From an uncultured archaeon (GTDB lineage: Archaea; Iainarchaeota; Iainarchaeia; Iainarchaeales; JAAZKV01), in assembly GCA_964538165.1 (NCBI GenBank), contig CAZIEL010000001.1, forward strand, positions 1 to 42,412: a DNA stretch of 42,412 nucleotides, written 5' to 3'. A program made the position numbers and the translations under genes. The notes beneath the pieces were generated by a model. The model had not been told where the DNA came from. It saw nothing but the letters and a program-made list of their open reading frames with translations, and searched no databases. Positions 9,063-18,374 of the stretch are shown one piece after another. Every line of letters begins with the position of its first letter. Within the stretch, counting starts at the first letter, position 1.

Positions 9063-9719
9063 ATGCAAATAAGAGCAATTAAAAAAAAAGATTATTCTTT
9101 AATCTTAAAGCTTGACAAAGCAGTTTATCCAACAAACACTCCCGTAACTAAACTAATAATTAAGGAGTGGTATAAAAACAATCCTGAGTTTGGGCTAGTC
9201 TTTGAAGAAAATAATAAAATTGTTGGAGTTTGCATCATAATTCCATTGAACAAAAAAGGGTGGGATGAGTTTACAAACGGAAAGCTTAATGAATCCCAGC
9301 TTAAAGAGGAAAAAATCTTTTCTAACAAAACTCACACAAAAATTGGCTTACACATCTACCACATAGAAAAAATTAACAAAAAAGTAAAGAGTATTTCTAT
9401 TCAATCGCTAAAAAAAATTAAAAAAATAATAAAAAATTTAAGGAAAAAAAATGCTGAATTAAAAATAATTGGGTTTTCCGGACTTTGTGTAACCCAAAGT
9501 GGAATAAATTTATTCAAAGAAAAGTATGGGTGTAAAGAAAATAGAATGAAAAGCAAAGAATACATCTTAAGAAAAAAAGGAAAAAAAATTGTGGCAATAT
9601 TAAAAAATGCCAAAGAAGTAAAAAAGAAAATGAAAAATGGATTTATTTTTGAAAATCGCTGCGAATTATTACTAACCCAACCAAAAGACAATAATCTCGT
9701 TTGGAATTACTTAAATTAA
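9063..9719 (+). CDS. hypothetical protein, possibly GNAT-like
   Basis: The ORF is intact and well placed. The N-terminus (IRAIKKKDYSLILKLDKAVYP) only loosely resembles acetyltransferase-fold proteins, and no clear acetyl-CoA motif is seen. Confidence 0.3.
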   Translation: MQIRAIKKKDYSLILKLDKAVYPTNTPVTKLIIKEWYKNNPEFGLVFEENNKIVGVCIIIPLNKKGWDEFTNGKLNESQLKEEKIFSNKTHTKIGLHIYHIEKINKKVKSISIQSLKKIKKIIKNLRKKNAELKIIGFSGLCVTQSGINLFKEKYGCKENRMKSKEYILRKKGKKIVAILKNAKEVKKKMKNGFIFENRCELLLTQPKDNNLVWNYLN

Positions 9720-9722
9720 TAA

Positions 9723-10091
9723 CTATTCAGCCCTCAACTCAAACCATTCGATTCTTTTGTCTTTAACAAGTTCTTTTACTTTCTTTTGAGACTCATTAAG
9801 CTGAGATTTGTTTGTTTTAAACTCAACAAAAACGATTTTATCTTCTTCAAAAGCAACTCCATCAATTGGTTTTCCAATAAAACGAAAATTTTGCGAATTG
9901 TATGGAAATTTATCACTAAAGGGAATCCACTGTTCGGTTAGTTGACCATATTTAACACTTTGGGATTGTTTTGAAAAACGAAGAGATTCGGTTTCATTCT
10001 TAAGCGCAATAAAAGCCTTGCCCAAAAGAAAAAGAACAATTAAAAGAATTAAAATTATTCCAATAAAAAGTATTTCAAACAAAACAATCAC
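9723..10091 (-). CDS. membrane-anchored endonuclease related to archaeal Holliday junction resolvase (COG4741-like)
   Basis: N-terminal TM helix followed by ...GKPIDGVAFEEDKIVFVEFKTNKSQLNESQKKV, which fits the D...(E/V)xK restriction-endonuclease-like core of the Hjc-related secreted/membrane nuclease family. Confidence 0.5.
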   Translation of the reverse strand: MIVLFEILFIGIILILLIVLFLLGKAFIALKNETESLRFSKQSQSVKYGQLTEQWIPFSDKFPYNSQNFRFIGKPIDGVAFEEDKIVFVEFKTNKSQLNESQKKVKELVKDKRIEWFELRAE

Positions 10092-10123
10092 TACTCCAAT
10101 AGAACTCCAAAGAATTTAAACAA

Positions 10124-11731
10124 TTACTTTAGGGTTTTCACCATATAAGGTTCTTTCTTCTTAAAACCAAAATTTTTTTTGTAATATTCCCTAACACCAA
10201 GTCCAGAAATAACAGCCATTCGTTTTGAATCAAATCTCTCTTTTGCGATTTTTTGGGCTTCATTCATTAACTCTTTTCCTAACCCTTGATGTTGAGCTGC
10301 AAGAGAATCCTTCTCCCCCAAAGAAAGAGACTTACCATAAACATGCAATTCTCTAATTAGAGCAGTTTTTTTTGTAAGACCAAAAACAAATGGATCTTGG
10401 GGTTTACGCAAACGAACAAAACCAAACAAATGGTTTTTTGATTCAAAAGAAATAAATGCTTCCTCTCCCATTGAAGCATCGTAAAATTCAGTATTTAATT
10501 TTGCTTTACTTAATTCTTCTTCAAAACTAAAATCGTGTGGTTTAAATCGCATTCCAAGCCCAATTTCTCTACACCTAATACAATTACATTTTTTCCTTTG
10601 CAATTCTAATTCTTTTTCAACAAGTTGACGCAAATTTGTTCTCTTTACTCCCGCTTCAATTACGTTACTAGGAATATCTCTATCAACACGCATTACCCGC
10701 ACCCATTTTGGCAGAAAAGATTTTATTTCAACAAGAAGTTTAATTGCATCATCTTCTGTTAAAGGAACATAATCACCTTTTTTCCAATCTTCATACAGTT
10801 TAGTGCCTTTAATTACCAAACAAGGATAAAATTTTACCATATCAGGCATAAAATTTGAATCAGAAAATATTTTTTTAAAATTTGCTAAATCGATTTTATA
10901 ATTAGAGCCTGGCAACCCGGGCATTAAATGATACAACACTTTGAACGCTGAATCTTTTAAGAGTTTTGTTGAATCAACAACATCTCTAACAGAATGACCT
11001 CGATTTATTCTTTTGTAAATCTCGTCACTTGGATTTTGAACTCCAAGTTCTACTCTTGTTCCCCCCAAAAAAAGCATTTCTTTAACATCTTTTTTTGAAC
11101 AAAGATCGGGTCGTGTTTCAAAAGTAATTCCAACAACCCTTCTTTTTGAACTCTCCGCAAATCTTTTTGCAGAAACAATACTATTTGTTTTCTTTTGAGT
11201 AATTGCATTCAAACTTTTTAATACAACATTTTCTTGTTTTCTTTTGGGCAAAGCTGTAAAAGAACTTCCTTGAAAAATTAGTTCTATTTTTTCCGCAGTG
11301 TTACCAGTCAAATCAAGTTGTTTTATTCTATTAGAAACAATTTCATAAGGATCATAATTTAGACGTTGAGCACGCAAAGCGGAAGGTTCAAACCCAGTAT
11401 ATGATTTAGGAGAAATGTTTCCTTCTAAAGAAGAAGGACAATAAGTACATTTGCCAGGACAAGGAAATGGGGGCAGCATCACTGCAATCACTTGCACACC
11501 AGAAAGACTCCTTGTGGGTTTAATGGAAAGCAAGTTTCGTACCTTAAGCGAAGCATTTTTTGTGCAAGACAAAACAAAAGGAAAAGAGGGCATTTCGCTT
11601 AGTTTTAATTTCTTACTCCAAAAAAAGCGTCTTTCTTCAAGTTCCTTTGGAGTATTAATTGCATTTGAATTAATCTCTTCAATTAACTTCTGGGCAAACA
11701 ACACTTCTGCAGAAGAATGTTTATTATGCAT
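10124..11731 (-). CDS. elp3: Elp3-family radical SAM / GNAT tRNA U34 modification enzyme
   Basis: 535 aa. It has a radical-SAM Cys cluster (FPCPGKCTYCP), a central TIM-like region and a C-terminal GNAT motif (QHQGLGKELMNEAQKIA). Confidence 0.9.
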   Translation of the reverse strand: MHNKHSSAEVLFAQKLIEEINSNAINTPKELEERRFFWSKKLKLSEMPSFPFVLSCTKNASLKVRNLLSIKPTRSLSGVQVIAVMLPPFPCPGKCTYCPSSLEGNISPKSYTGFEPSALRAQRLNYDPYEIVSNRIKQLDLTGNTAEKIELIFQGSSFTALPKRKQENVVLKSLNAITQKKTNSIVSAKRFAESSKRRVVGITFETRPDLCSKKDVKEMLFLGGTRVELGVQNPSDEIYKRINRGHSVRDVVDSTKLLKDSAFKVLYHLMPGLPGSNYKIDLANFKKIFSDSNFMPDMVKFYPCLVIKGTKLYEDWKKGDYVPLTEDDAIKLLVEIKSFLPKWVRVMRVDRDIPSNVIEAGVKRTNLRQLVEKELELQRKKCNCIRCREIGLGMRFKPHDFSFEEELSKAKLNTEFYDASMGEEAFISFESKNHLFGFVRLRKPQDPFVFGLTKKTALIRELHVYGKSLSLGEKDSLAAQHQGLGKELMNEAQKIAKERFDSKRMAVISGLGVREYYKKNFGFKKKEPYMVKTLK

Positions 11732-11775
11732 AATTAGAACGTAATGCGCTCAATTAAAAAGAATATAGAAAGTGC

Positions 11776-12573
11776 TTAGTTTAAAAAAACCAGAGAAAAT
11801 AAACCATTTACAAAGTAACTTGGAAGCAAAGAAAAAGAAAAGAAAGGAAAACCATGAGTTACAGTTTCAAGTTTACTTTTAAGAGTAGGAATGGCAATTA
11901 CTGAAAAAGAAAAATCTTTTGAAGTGTTTGCATAATCAACTGAAATAGTAAAATCTCTTGTTCCTTGCATTCTTGGATAAACCGTAAAAGATTCTTCTAA
12001 AGTTTGATTTTGCTCAAGATAAACTTCTTTTACAAATTCCTTATTTGAAAGTTTATCCACACTCATCCAAGAAGTAGGAAGGCTAGAGGTAATTATAAAA
12101 GTTGCATCCCCATCAGAGTTGTTCACAAAAAATAAACTATAAGTCACAGAACCATCCACATTTGTTGTTTCCACATATTTAGTTGAAGGAGACACAGCTA
12201 AACCAGTCTCAATAACCCTAAAGTAAAAAGAAACTTTTTCTGAAGCACTTGGCCCTTTAAGAATAATCGTTAAAGGATATTCTCCAATAACAGCATCTTT
12301 TGGAGTATGAATAAAAAGTTTAACTGTTTCAAGCTCCGAACTAACATCATAAGTAAAACCATTAGGCAAAGTTGAAACAACATCAATATCATTGTACTTA
12401 TTAGTCAATTCTTTTGAAAACATTAACTCAATTGTGTTACCCACAACAACAGAACCAACATAATCTCCGCCACCAGAAGTTAATTCTTTTGAAAAAGGAT
12501 CAACTAGTCTTGCTGAAAATACTATTGAAAATAGAAGCACTAAAGTCACAAAAATGAATGCCTTTTTAAACAT
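11776..12573 (-). CDS. hypothetical surface protein (signal peptide plus C-terminal TM anchor)
   Basis: N-terminal signal-like helix (FIFVTLVLLFSIVFSA), a beta-rich body and a C-terminal hydrophobic tail. Confidence 0.4.
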   Translation of the reverse strand: MFKKAFIFVTLVLLFSIVFSARLVDPFSKELTSGGGDYVGSVVVGNTIELMFSKELTNKYNDIDVVSTLPNGFTYDVSSELETVKLFIHTPKDAVIGEYPLTIILKGPSASEKVSFYFRVIETGLAVSPSTKYVETTNVDGSVTYSLFFVNNSDGDATFIITSSLPTSWMSVDKLSNKEFVKEVYLEQNQTLEESFTVYPRMQGTRDFTISVDYANTSKDFSFSVIAIPTLKSKLETVTHGFPFFSFSLLPSYFVNGLFSLVFLN

Positions 12574-12621
12574 ACCAAATCAAACAGATTAATAAAAGAA
12601 TAGAATAAAAAGGTTATTCTC

Positions 12622-13296
12622 ATGCAAAAAAAAATCACTATTTTAGAGAAAAAAACTGTTTTTAGACATAAAGGAGCTCAAAAAGAGAGTGCCAAACAAA
12701 CACAAACCCTTGAAGAACTAAGCAGATTTGAAATGATAAAAAAACACCATAAAAAAACGTATGAAGAAGCAAAAAAAATGGGAAGAATGGATGAAGATTT
12801 CATTCCTTTTTGTGATTATATTGGAGATACTCAAAATTATTTCACTTCAAGTTCTTGTGCAGGAAGAATCGCTTTAATTGGATTGGGAGAAGAAGAAACA
12901 AAACAAGAAAGTGCATTTTATAGAAAATGGCACAGAAAAGTAAAAATAAGAGAAGCGCTTGAGGCGGTAAAAGATTTTAATGGAAAAGTTCTTTGGTTCA
13001 AACAAGAACCAATAATATTACATCTTGGAACAAACACACTTGACAACGCCCGAAAAATACTTTCATTTTGTGAACAAGTGGGAATAAAACGCGCAGGAAT
13101 AAAAGTTGCAAAAGAAGGAAAATTTATTGTTGAAATGCTTGGCACACAAAGCATTAATGCCCCAATAAAAGAGGGCAAAATGATTGCTGATGAAGGATAT
13201 ATCAAATACCTTATAAAAAAAGGAAATGAAAAGTTTGAAAGAAACCAAGAACTAATCAAAAAAATGGAAAAGGTTGCACAACAAGAACTCAAATAA
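12622..13296 (+). CDS. taw3: tRNA wyosine-derivative methyltransferase Taw3/TYW3-like
   Basis: TYW3 family hallmarks are present: YFTSSSCAGRIALI (SSCxGRI), FKQEPIILHL and GIKRAGIK. Confidence 0.7.
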   Translation: MQKKITILEKKTVFRHKGAQKESAKQTQTLEELSRFEMIKKHHKKTYEEAKKMGRMDEDFIPFCDYIGDTQNYFTSSSCAGRIALIGLGEEETKQESAFYRKWHRKVKIREALEAVKDFNGKVLWFKQEPIILHLGTNTLDNARKILSFCEQVGIKRAGIKVAKEGKFIVEMLGTQSINAPIKEGKMIADEGYIKYLIKKGNEKFERNQELIKKMEKVAQQELK

Positions 13297-13344
13297 CTCT
13301 CTTTGTTGGACACAATTTGTATTTGGTTATTTAGTAATAGACAG

Positions 13345-13863
13345 ATGATTAAAATGAAAAGATTGTTTGTTGCAATTGAAATTCCAACGAAAATTAAAGA
13401 CAAAATATTTGAAGAAATAATTAAACCCTTAAACAATGTAAAAAAGACTGATCAAAATAATTTACATATAACCTTGTGTTTTATTGGGGACACACTTGAA
13501 CAAAAAGAAAAACAAATAATCCAAGCGCTAGAAAAAGTTGAATTTAAAGAATTTAATATCCTTATAGGACGACCAGGACAATTTAATGAAAAAGTGTTTT
13601 GGGTTAGCGCAGAATCTATTGAATTATATGATTTGGCTCAAAAAATTAGTGCGGCAATTTGTAAGGATAACGAATTTAACGGACACATAACTGTTGCTAG
13701 ATCAAACGAGTTAACAATTTTTGAAAAAGAATTTGCACTTATTAAAAACAAAAAAGTTAATTCAACAATAAAAGTAAAAAAATTTGTGCTCTTTGAAAGT
13801 AAACCCTCTACAAAAGGAAGCATTTATGTTAAAGTAAAAGAATTTAGCAAAAAAAAGAAATAA
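13345..13863 (+). CDS. 2H phosphoesterase (LigT/ThpR-like RNA 2',3'-cyclic phosphodiesterase / 2'-5' RNA ligase)
   Basis: Two H-x-T/S motifs (HITLCF and HITVAR) at the expected spacing. The start is uncertain: ATG at 13345 or 13354, and the ORF opens at TTG 13303. Confidence 0.75.
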   Translation: MIKMKRLFVAIEIPTKIKDKIFEEIIKPLNNVKKTDQNNLHITLCFIGDTLEQKEKQIIQALEKVEFKEFNILIGRPGQFNEKVFWVSAESIELYDLAQKISAAICKDNEFNGHITVARSNELTIFEKEFALIKNKKVNSTIKVKKFVLFESKPSTKGSIYVKVKEFSKKKK

Positions 13864-13864
13864 A

Positions 13865-15394
13865 CTACTGTAACTCTGAAATTGTTGACATAACTTTTTC
13901 TGGATTATAATAATAACTCTCAATTACTTCAAGAACCTCAAGAGGTTTTCTAATATTTTGCTTTAGCATCCAATCAAGAATAACTTTTCTAACACTAACT
14001 TCTTTACTCAGTTCGTTTTTTGTCATCGAATTTTTTTTAGCAATTTCTTCTAAAATTTGACTTTGAATCTCAGTTCGCTTTAAATAATTTAATTTGTCGT
14101 CAAATTCAAATAAAGTCCCAAAAAGAACCTTGTCCTCCATTCGAGACAATTCTACTATTTGAGTAACCCTTCTTTGCATTCCAGTTTCTTTTGAATAATG
14201 CCGCTCCATAATAACAATAAAATCAAGTAAAGGAAGCATTGCTTGAGGAACTTCAAGGGGTCGCTCTTGGAGTTTAACAATTGCTTCTCTCGCATTATTT
14301 GCATGAATAGTACCCAAACAACCTTGATGCCCAGTATCCATAGCAGTAAAAAGAGTCAACGCTTCAGGGCCCCTGACTTCTCCAACTATCACTCTATCTG
14401 GACGCATTCTCATCGCATTTTTTAACAAAGAATCCATTGTTATTTCTGAACCAACGGAATTCCTTGCTTCAAGAGCAACCCAATTCTCTCGCCCAAGTAA
14501 AGCAAGTTCAATTGTATCCTCGATTGAAACAACTCTCTCATTTAATCTAATAAAATTTGATAAAACATTTAACATTGTTGTTTTCCCCGAAGCAGTTCCC
14601 CCCGCAACAAGAATATTTTGGGGATGAGTTCCAAGTCCATCAACAACAGTCCACAAAAAAGCCGCAGCTTCAGAAGTAATTGTTTTATTTTGAATAAGAT
14701 CAAGAATTGTCATTGGGATTGAAGAAAATTTTCTAATCGTTAAAGTTGCCCCCGTCGGTGCAAGGTCAGCTAAAGTAGCATTAACACGGGATCCATCTGG
14801 CAAACGAGCATCAAGTAAAGGATTTTTTGGGTCAAAATTACGCCCAATAGTTAAAGCAATTCTTTGAATAATATCCGTAAGAGTTTTTTCATCAATCACC
14901 ACATTTGTCTTGCACATCCCGTGTTTTCTATGAAAAACAAATATATCTTCAGGCCCATTAACCATTAACTCTTCTAAATCATCATCAAGAGAAAAAAAAG
15001 CAAGTTGTTTAAGCCCAATTGAATTATGCAAAACATACTCCGAAAAAACTGCTTTATCTTGAATAAACTTTATTTTTGAAGTAATTTTTACTAAAGATTC
15101 AAGCAATTCAACAAAAACCTTTTTTGGAGGAAGTTTGTCAATCAACTCATCCATTTGAACTATCGAAACAATCATATCCACAAAATTATCATTAAAATCG
15201 TCAGGAGCTCCCTCAAAATCCTTTCTTGAAACACCTCCCTTTAGGATCTGCTTAATCAAAAATGTTGCAAAAGCCTTTTCTTTCTCAGAAAAAGAGGATT
15301 GTTTTACGTCATAAAAGTTTGATGAAAGTCCTTGATAAATATCTGCAAAAGGGCTTGATTCGATCTTTTTTAACTTCATTTCTGTGAACTGCAT
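13865..15394 (-). CDS. type IV pilus / archaellum-type secretion ATPase (FlaI/PilB/VirB11 family)
   Basis: Walker A GGTASGKTT, Asp box VSIEDTIEL, Walker B DRVIVGEVRG and His box GHQGCLGTIHA. 509 aa. Confidence 0.9.
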   Translation of the reverse strand: MQFTEMKLKKIESSPFADIYQGLSSNFYDVKQSSFSEKEKAFATFLIKQILKGGVSRKDFEGAPDDFNDNFVDMIVSIVQMDELIDKLPPKKVFVELLESLVKITSKIKFIQDKAVFSEYVLHNSIGLKQLAFFSLDDDLEELMVNGPEDIFVFHRKHGMCKTNVVIDEKTLTDIIQRIALTIGRNFDPKNPLLDARLPDGSRVNATLADLAPTGATLTIRKFSSIPMTILDLIQNKTITSEAAAFLWTVVDGLGTHPQNILVAGGTASGKTTMLNVLSNFIRLNERVVSIEDTIELALLGRENWVALEARNSVGSEITMDSLLKNAMRMRPDRVIVGEVRGPEALTLFTAMDTGHQGCLGTIHANNAREAIVKLQERPLEVPQAMLPLLDFIVIMERHYSKETGMQRRVTQIVELSRMEDKVLFGTLFEFDDKLNYLKRTEIQSQILEEIAKKNSMTKNELSKEVSVRKVILDWMLKQNIRKPLEVLEVIESYYYNPEKVMSTISELQ

Positions 15395-15467
15395 ACCGGC
15401 ACCAAAGCACTTATATATAAAGAAAAGGAGTATAATAATTTAATCAACAACAAAAGAAAGTGATTTA

Positions 15468-16829
15468 ATGAAAGCATTATATAAAAAGATTTTGGAAAAA
15501 ATCACTCCCTCAAAACAAGAACTGCTCGCAGAAAAAAAGCAAGTTGAAGAAATAAAGAAAAAAGTAAAAAAAATTGAAGGAAAACATTCACACATTGAAT
15601 GGTGCGGCAGTAGCGCAAGAGGAACTCATCTAAAAGGAGACAGAGACCTTGATTTGTTTTTAATGTTTAACAAAGAACTCTCTTCAAAAGAACTTGAAGA
15701 AGAAGGACTAAGAATAGGAAAAGAAGTATTTGATGGACAAAAATGGGAAATTGCATATTCACAACACCCTTACATAAGAGGAGAAATAAAAGGGTTTGAA
15801 ATTGAAATTGTTCCCAGTTATATTGTAAAAAGCGGGGAGGAAAAACAAAGTGCTGTGGATAGAACTCCTTTTCACAACAAATATTTATTAAAAAACATGA
15901 AAGTTTCACAAAGAGCTCAAGCCAGATTACTAAAACAATTCCTAAAAGGAATTAATGCATATGGAGCAGATCTAAAAAACCAAGCTCTCCCAGGATATGG
16001 AGTAGAATTACTAATATTACATTATTCAACTTTTGATAAAACAATAAAAGCAATGTCAAAATGGAAAGAAAAAGAAGTAATTACTTTTTCCAAACAAGAA
16101 AGAGACCCAGCAAACGAATTTTTTAACCCATTAATAATAATTGATCCGGTGGATAAAAATAGAAATGTTGCATCAGCATTATCACAAGAACAATACAATA
16201 AAATGAAAAACGCCGCAATAAAATTTATTAAAGAGCCGTCAGAAAAATTCTTTTTTGGGAGCGAAATAGATGTTTGGCCCAAAGAAAAAGTAATTTTAGA
16301 ATTAAAGAAAAAAGAATTTATTGCAATACAAGCAAATTTCCCAAAAGACATCCTATCAGATCTTGTTTGGGGACAATTAAGAAGATATTTACGAAAAGCA
16401 GCAAACCAACTTGAGGAAAAGGATTTTGTTGTAAAAAAATCAGATCTTTGGAGCGATGAAAACAAAATATTTTTTATGTATGAATTATCAACATTAGATT
16501 TACCAAAAATAAAAAAAATAATTGGGCCAAATGCACTTGATGCCGAGAATGTTAAAAAGTTTTTAGAGAAAAAGAGAAAAGTCGTTAAGGGCCCAAGAGT
16601 AGAAAATAACAAACTTGTAATAGAAGTCGAGAGAGTCGAGACTAACGCAAAAAGAGTGCTTGAAAGTTTCATCAAAACTTGCCAAATCAATGAAAAGGAC
16701 GGAATCAAAGAATGCTTAAAAGAAGCGGAAGTTTTAAGCGAAACAGAAATACTAAAACACTACAAAGGCGATTTTGCCAAACACTTGACAAAATACTTGG
16801 AAGGAAAAGAATTTTTTGAGTTAAAATAA
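15468..16829 (+). CDS. cca: archaeal class I CCA-adding enzyme (tRNA nucleotidyltransferase)
   Basis: GSSARGTHLKGDRDLDLF nucleotidyltransferase motif, plus RTPFHNKYL and LLKQFLKG, typical of archaeal CCA enzymes. 453 aa. Confidence 0.9.
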   Translation: MKALYKKILEKITPSKQELLAEKKQVEEIKKKVKKIEGKHSHIEWCGSSARGTHLKGDRDLDLFLMFNKELSSKELEEEGLRIGKEVFDGQKWEIAYSQHPYIRGEIKGFEIEIVPSYIVKSGEEKQSAVDRTPFHNKYLLKNMKVSQRAQARLLKQFLKGINAYGADLKNQALPGYGVELLILHYSTFDKTIKAMSKWKEKEVITFSKQERDPANEFFNPLIIIDPVDKNRNVASALSQEQYNKMKNAAIKFIKEPSEKFFFGSEIDVWPKEKVILELKKKEFIAIQANFPKDILSDLVWGQLRRYLRKAANQLEEKDFVVKKSDLWSDENKIFFMYELSTLDLPKIKKIIGPNALDAENVKKFLEKKRKVVKGPRVENNKLVIEVERVETNAKRVLESFIKTCQINEKDGIKECLKEAEVLSETEILKHYKGDFAKHLTKYLEGKEFFELK

Positions 16830-16843
16830 AAAAAGCGATTATA

Positions 16844-17080
16844 ATGGAACAAGAAATAAAAACGGGCCAAATTTGGAGTCATTACAAAAATCCATCGCAC
16901 CATTATGAAATAATTTGTATTGCAAGAAACTCAGAAAACCTTGAAGAAATGGTTGTTTACAAAATATTATATAAATCCGAAACGGGAATGGGAGCATATT
17001 GGGCCAGACCCAAAAAAATATTCTTGGAAAGTGTTAATGTTGAAGGAAAAGAAGTTAAGAGATTTAGTTTGGTGAAATAA
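16844..17080 (+). CDS. DUF1653-family protein
   Basis: The pattern W.HYK....YEI..IARNSE.LEE.VVYK.LY......WARP...F matches the DUF1653 consensus. Confidence 0.65.
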   Translation: MEQEIKTGQIWSHYKNPSHHYEIICIARNSENLEEMVVYKILYKSETGMGAYWARPKKIFLESVNVEGKEVKRFSLVK

Positions 17081-17095
17081 TTTAGTGTGAGACAC

Positions 17096-17678
17096 ATGAG
17101 TTTTTTAAACAAAATAATTCTTGACATAAAAGCAGTGAAAAAAAAATGATCCTGCTGCAAAAAATTATTTTGAAGTACTCCTTTGCCACACTCCGCTTTG
17201 GACAATTATTATATACAGAATAATGCACCCTCTAGCAAAAATGGGGCTCCCAATATTGCCACGATTTAAAATGACTTTGATGAAGGTAATAACAGGTGTC
17301 GAAATACACCCCCAAGCAGAAATAGGAAAAAGTTTTTTTATTGACCATGGAATTGGAACAGTAATTGGAGAAACCGCCAAAATTGGAGACAATTGTATTT
17401 TGTTCCACAACGTTACACTTGGGGGAACAGGAAAACACACTGGAAAAAGACACCCTACGTTAGGAAATAATGTTTACGTTGGAACGGCTGCAACTATTCT
17501 TGGACCAGTAAAAATCGGAAACAATGTAAAAATTGGAGCGGAAACAGTAATTATAATGCATGATGTGCCTAATGATTGTACAGTTGTTGGAGCACCAGGA
17601 AAAATTGTTAAAATAAATGGGAAAAAAACAAACCTTGCCCTAAAAAAAACAAAAAGCAACCAAAATAAGGAAGATTAA
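17096..17678 (+). pseudogene. cysE: serine O-acetyltransferase (CysE) interrupted by a +1 frameshift in an A9 run
   Basis: The frame starting at 17096 reads MSFLNKIILDIKAVKKK and hits TGA at 17147. The next frame continues (K)NDPAAKNYFEVLLCHTPLWTIIIYRIMHPLAK... into ORF 17223..17678, which carries the hexapeptide-repeat core GVEIHPQAEIGKSFFIDHGIGTVIGETAKIGDNC..TLGGTG. Joined, the two parts are collinear with short bacterial/archaeal CysE. The slip site is the homopolymer at 17138-17146. Confidence 0.8.
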
Positions 17679-17712
17679 TATTTGTAAAAGAACTTAATTG
17701 AAAGGTGAAATT

Positions 17713-18024
17713 ATGGGAAGAATGGCTGGACTTAGAAGTGCAATGAAAAAACAAAGAAAAAAAATGGCACAAAGAATGGGAGTGGCAATAAGTAGAGTGA
17801 GCCCCAGAAGAACACTTGATACTTTAGGGCTAAGACGAGAAGCATCTTTACAAATGGGAAACCCAAAAAAACAAGCTAAACCAGGGTTTGCTGTAAAAAT
17901 AAGGCCAATTAGTTCTTTTGACAGAAGAGGAAATGAATTAGTCGCAGCGGATGTTGAAAAAGGAATAAAACTAATGAGAAAATATGACCCCAAATTAGAA
18001 CAAATACCCAGAAGAAAAAAATAA
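17713..18024 (+). CDS. hypothetical highly basic protein
   Basis: ATG at 17713 is preceded by AAAGGTGA. About 104 aa and rich in R/K. No family recognised. Confidence 0.4.
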   Translation: MGRMAGLRSAMKKQRKKMAQRMGVAISRVSPRRTLDTLGLRREASLQMGNPKKQAKPGFAVKIRPISSFDRRGNELVAADVEKGIKLMRKYDPKLEQIPRRKK

Positions 18025-18369
18025 TCAAAGTTCAATTAACGTTACACTAATTATCCCAAGTGCGATTCCAATTTTATTTAATAGTGTCAAATCTTCTTTA
18101 AAGTAAAGAACTCCCACCAAAACAACTGCAATTAAGTTTAGTATAGTTAACACAGAAATTGCTTTTGATAAATACTCATATCTTAACGAAAAAGCCCAAA
18201 GAATAGTTCCAATAAAATAAATAACAAAACCAAAAATAAGAATAATATTATTATTTTCTATTACCCACTTTTTGAAAAAAATATCCCCTATCACTTCCAA
18301 TGCGGTTGCACCAAGAATTAGAGCAAAAAAAACAACTTTCAAATCAATTCCACTACTCATACTATTCAC
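18025..18369 (-). CDS. small 4-TM membrane protein, SMR/EamA-like
   Basis: 114 aa with four hydrophobic helices and a charged residue in helix 1 (ALEVIGDIFFK), reminiscent of small multidrug resistance-type transporters. Confidence 0.5.
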   Translation of the reverse strand: MNSMSSGIDLKVVFFALILGATALEVIGDIFFKKWVIENNNIILIFGFVIYFIGTILWAFSLRYEYLSKAISVLTILNLIAVVLVGVLYFKEDLTLLNKIGIALGIISVTLIEL

Positions 18370-18374
18370 TAAAG

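Noticed and set aside
12918-13436. 172-aa minus-strand ORF spanning the taw3/ligT junction.
   Set aside because: It overlaps two plus-strand genes that carry clear family motifs, and it has no motifs of its own.
16022-16708. 228-aa minus-strand ORF.
   Set aside because: It is antisense to the well-supported cca gene and has a low-complexity S/F/L composition. It is a shadow ORF.
17223-17678. Treating the 151-aa ORF as a complete, N-terminally short CysE.
   Set aside because: The upstream 127 nt encode the missing conserved N-terminal helices in two adjacent frames joined at an A9 run. The locus is better explained as one frameshifted gene.
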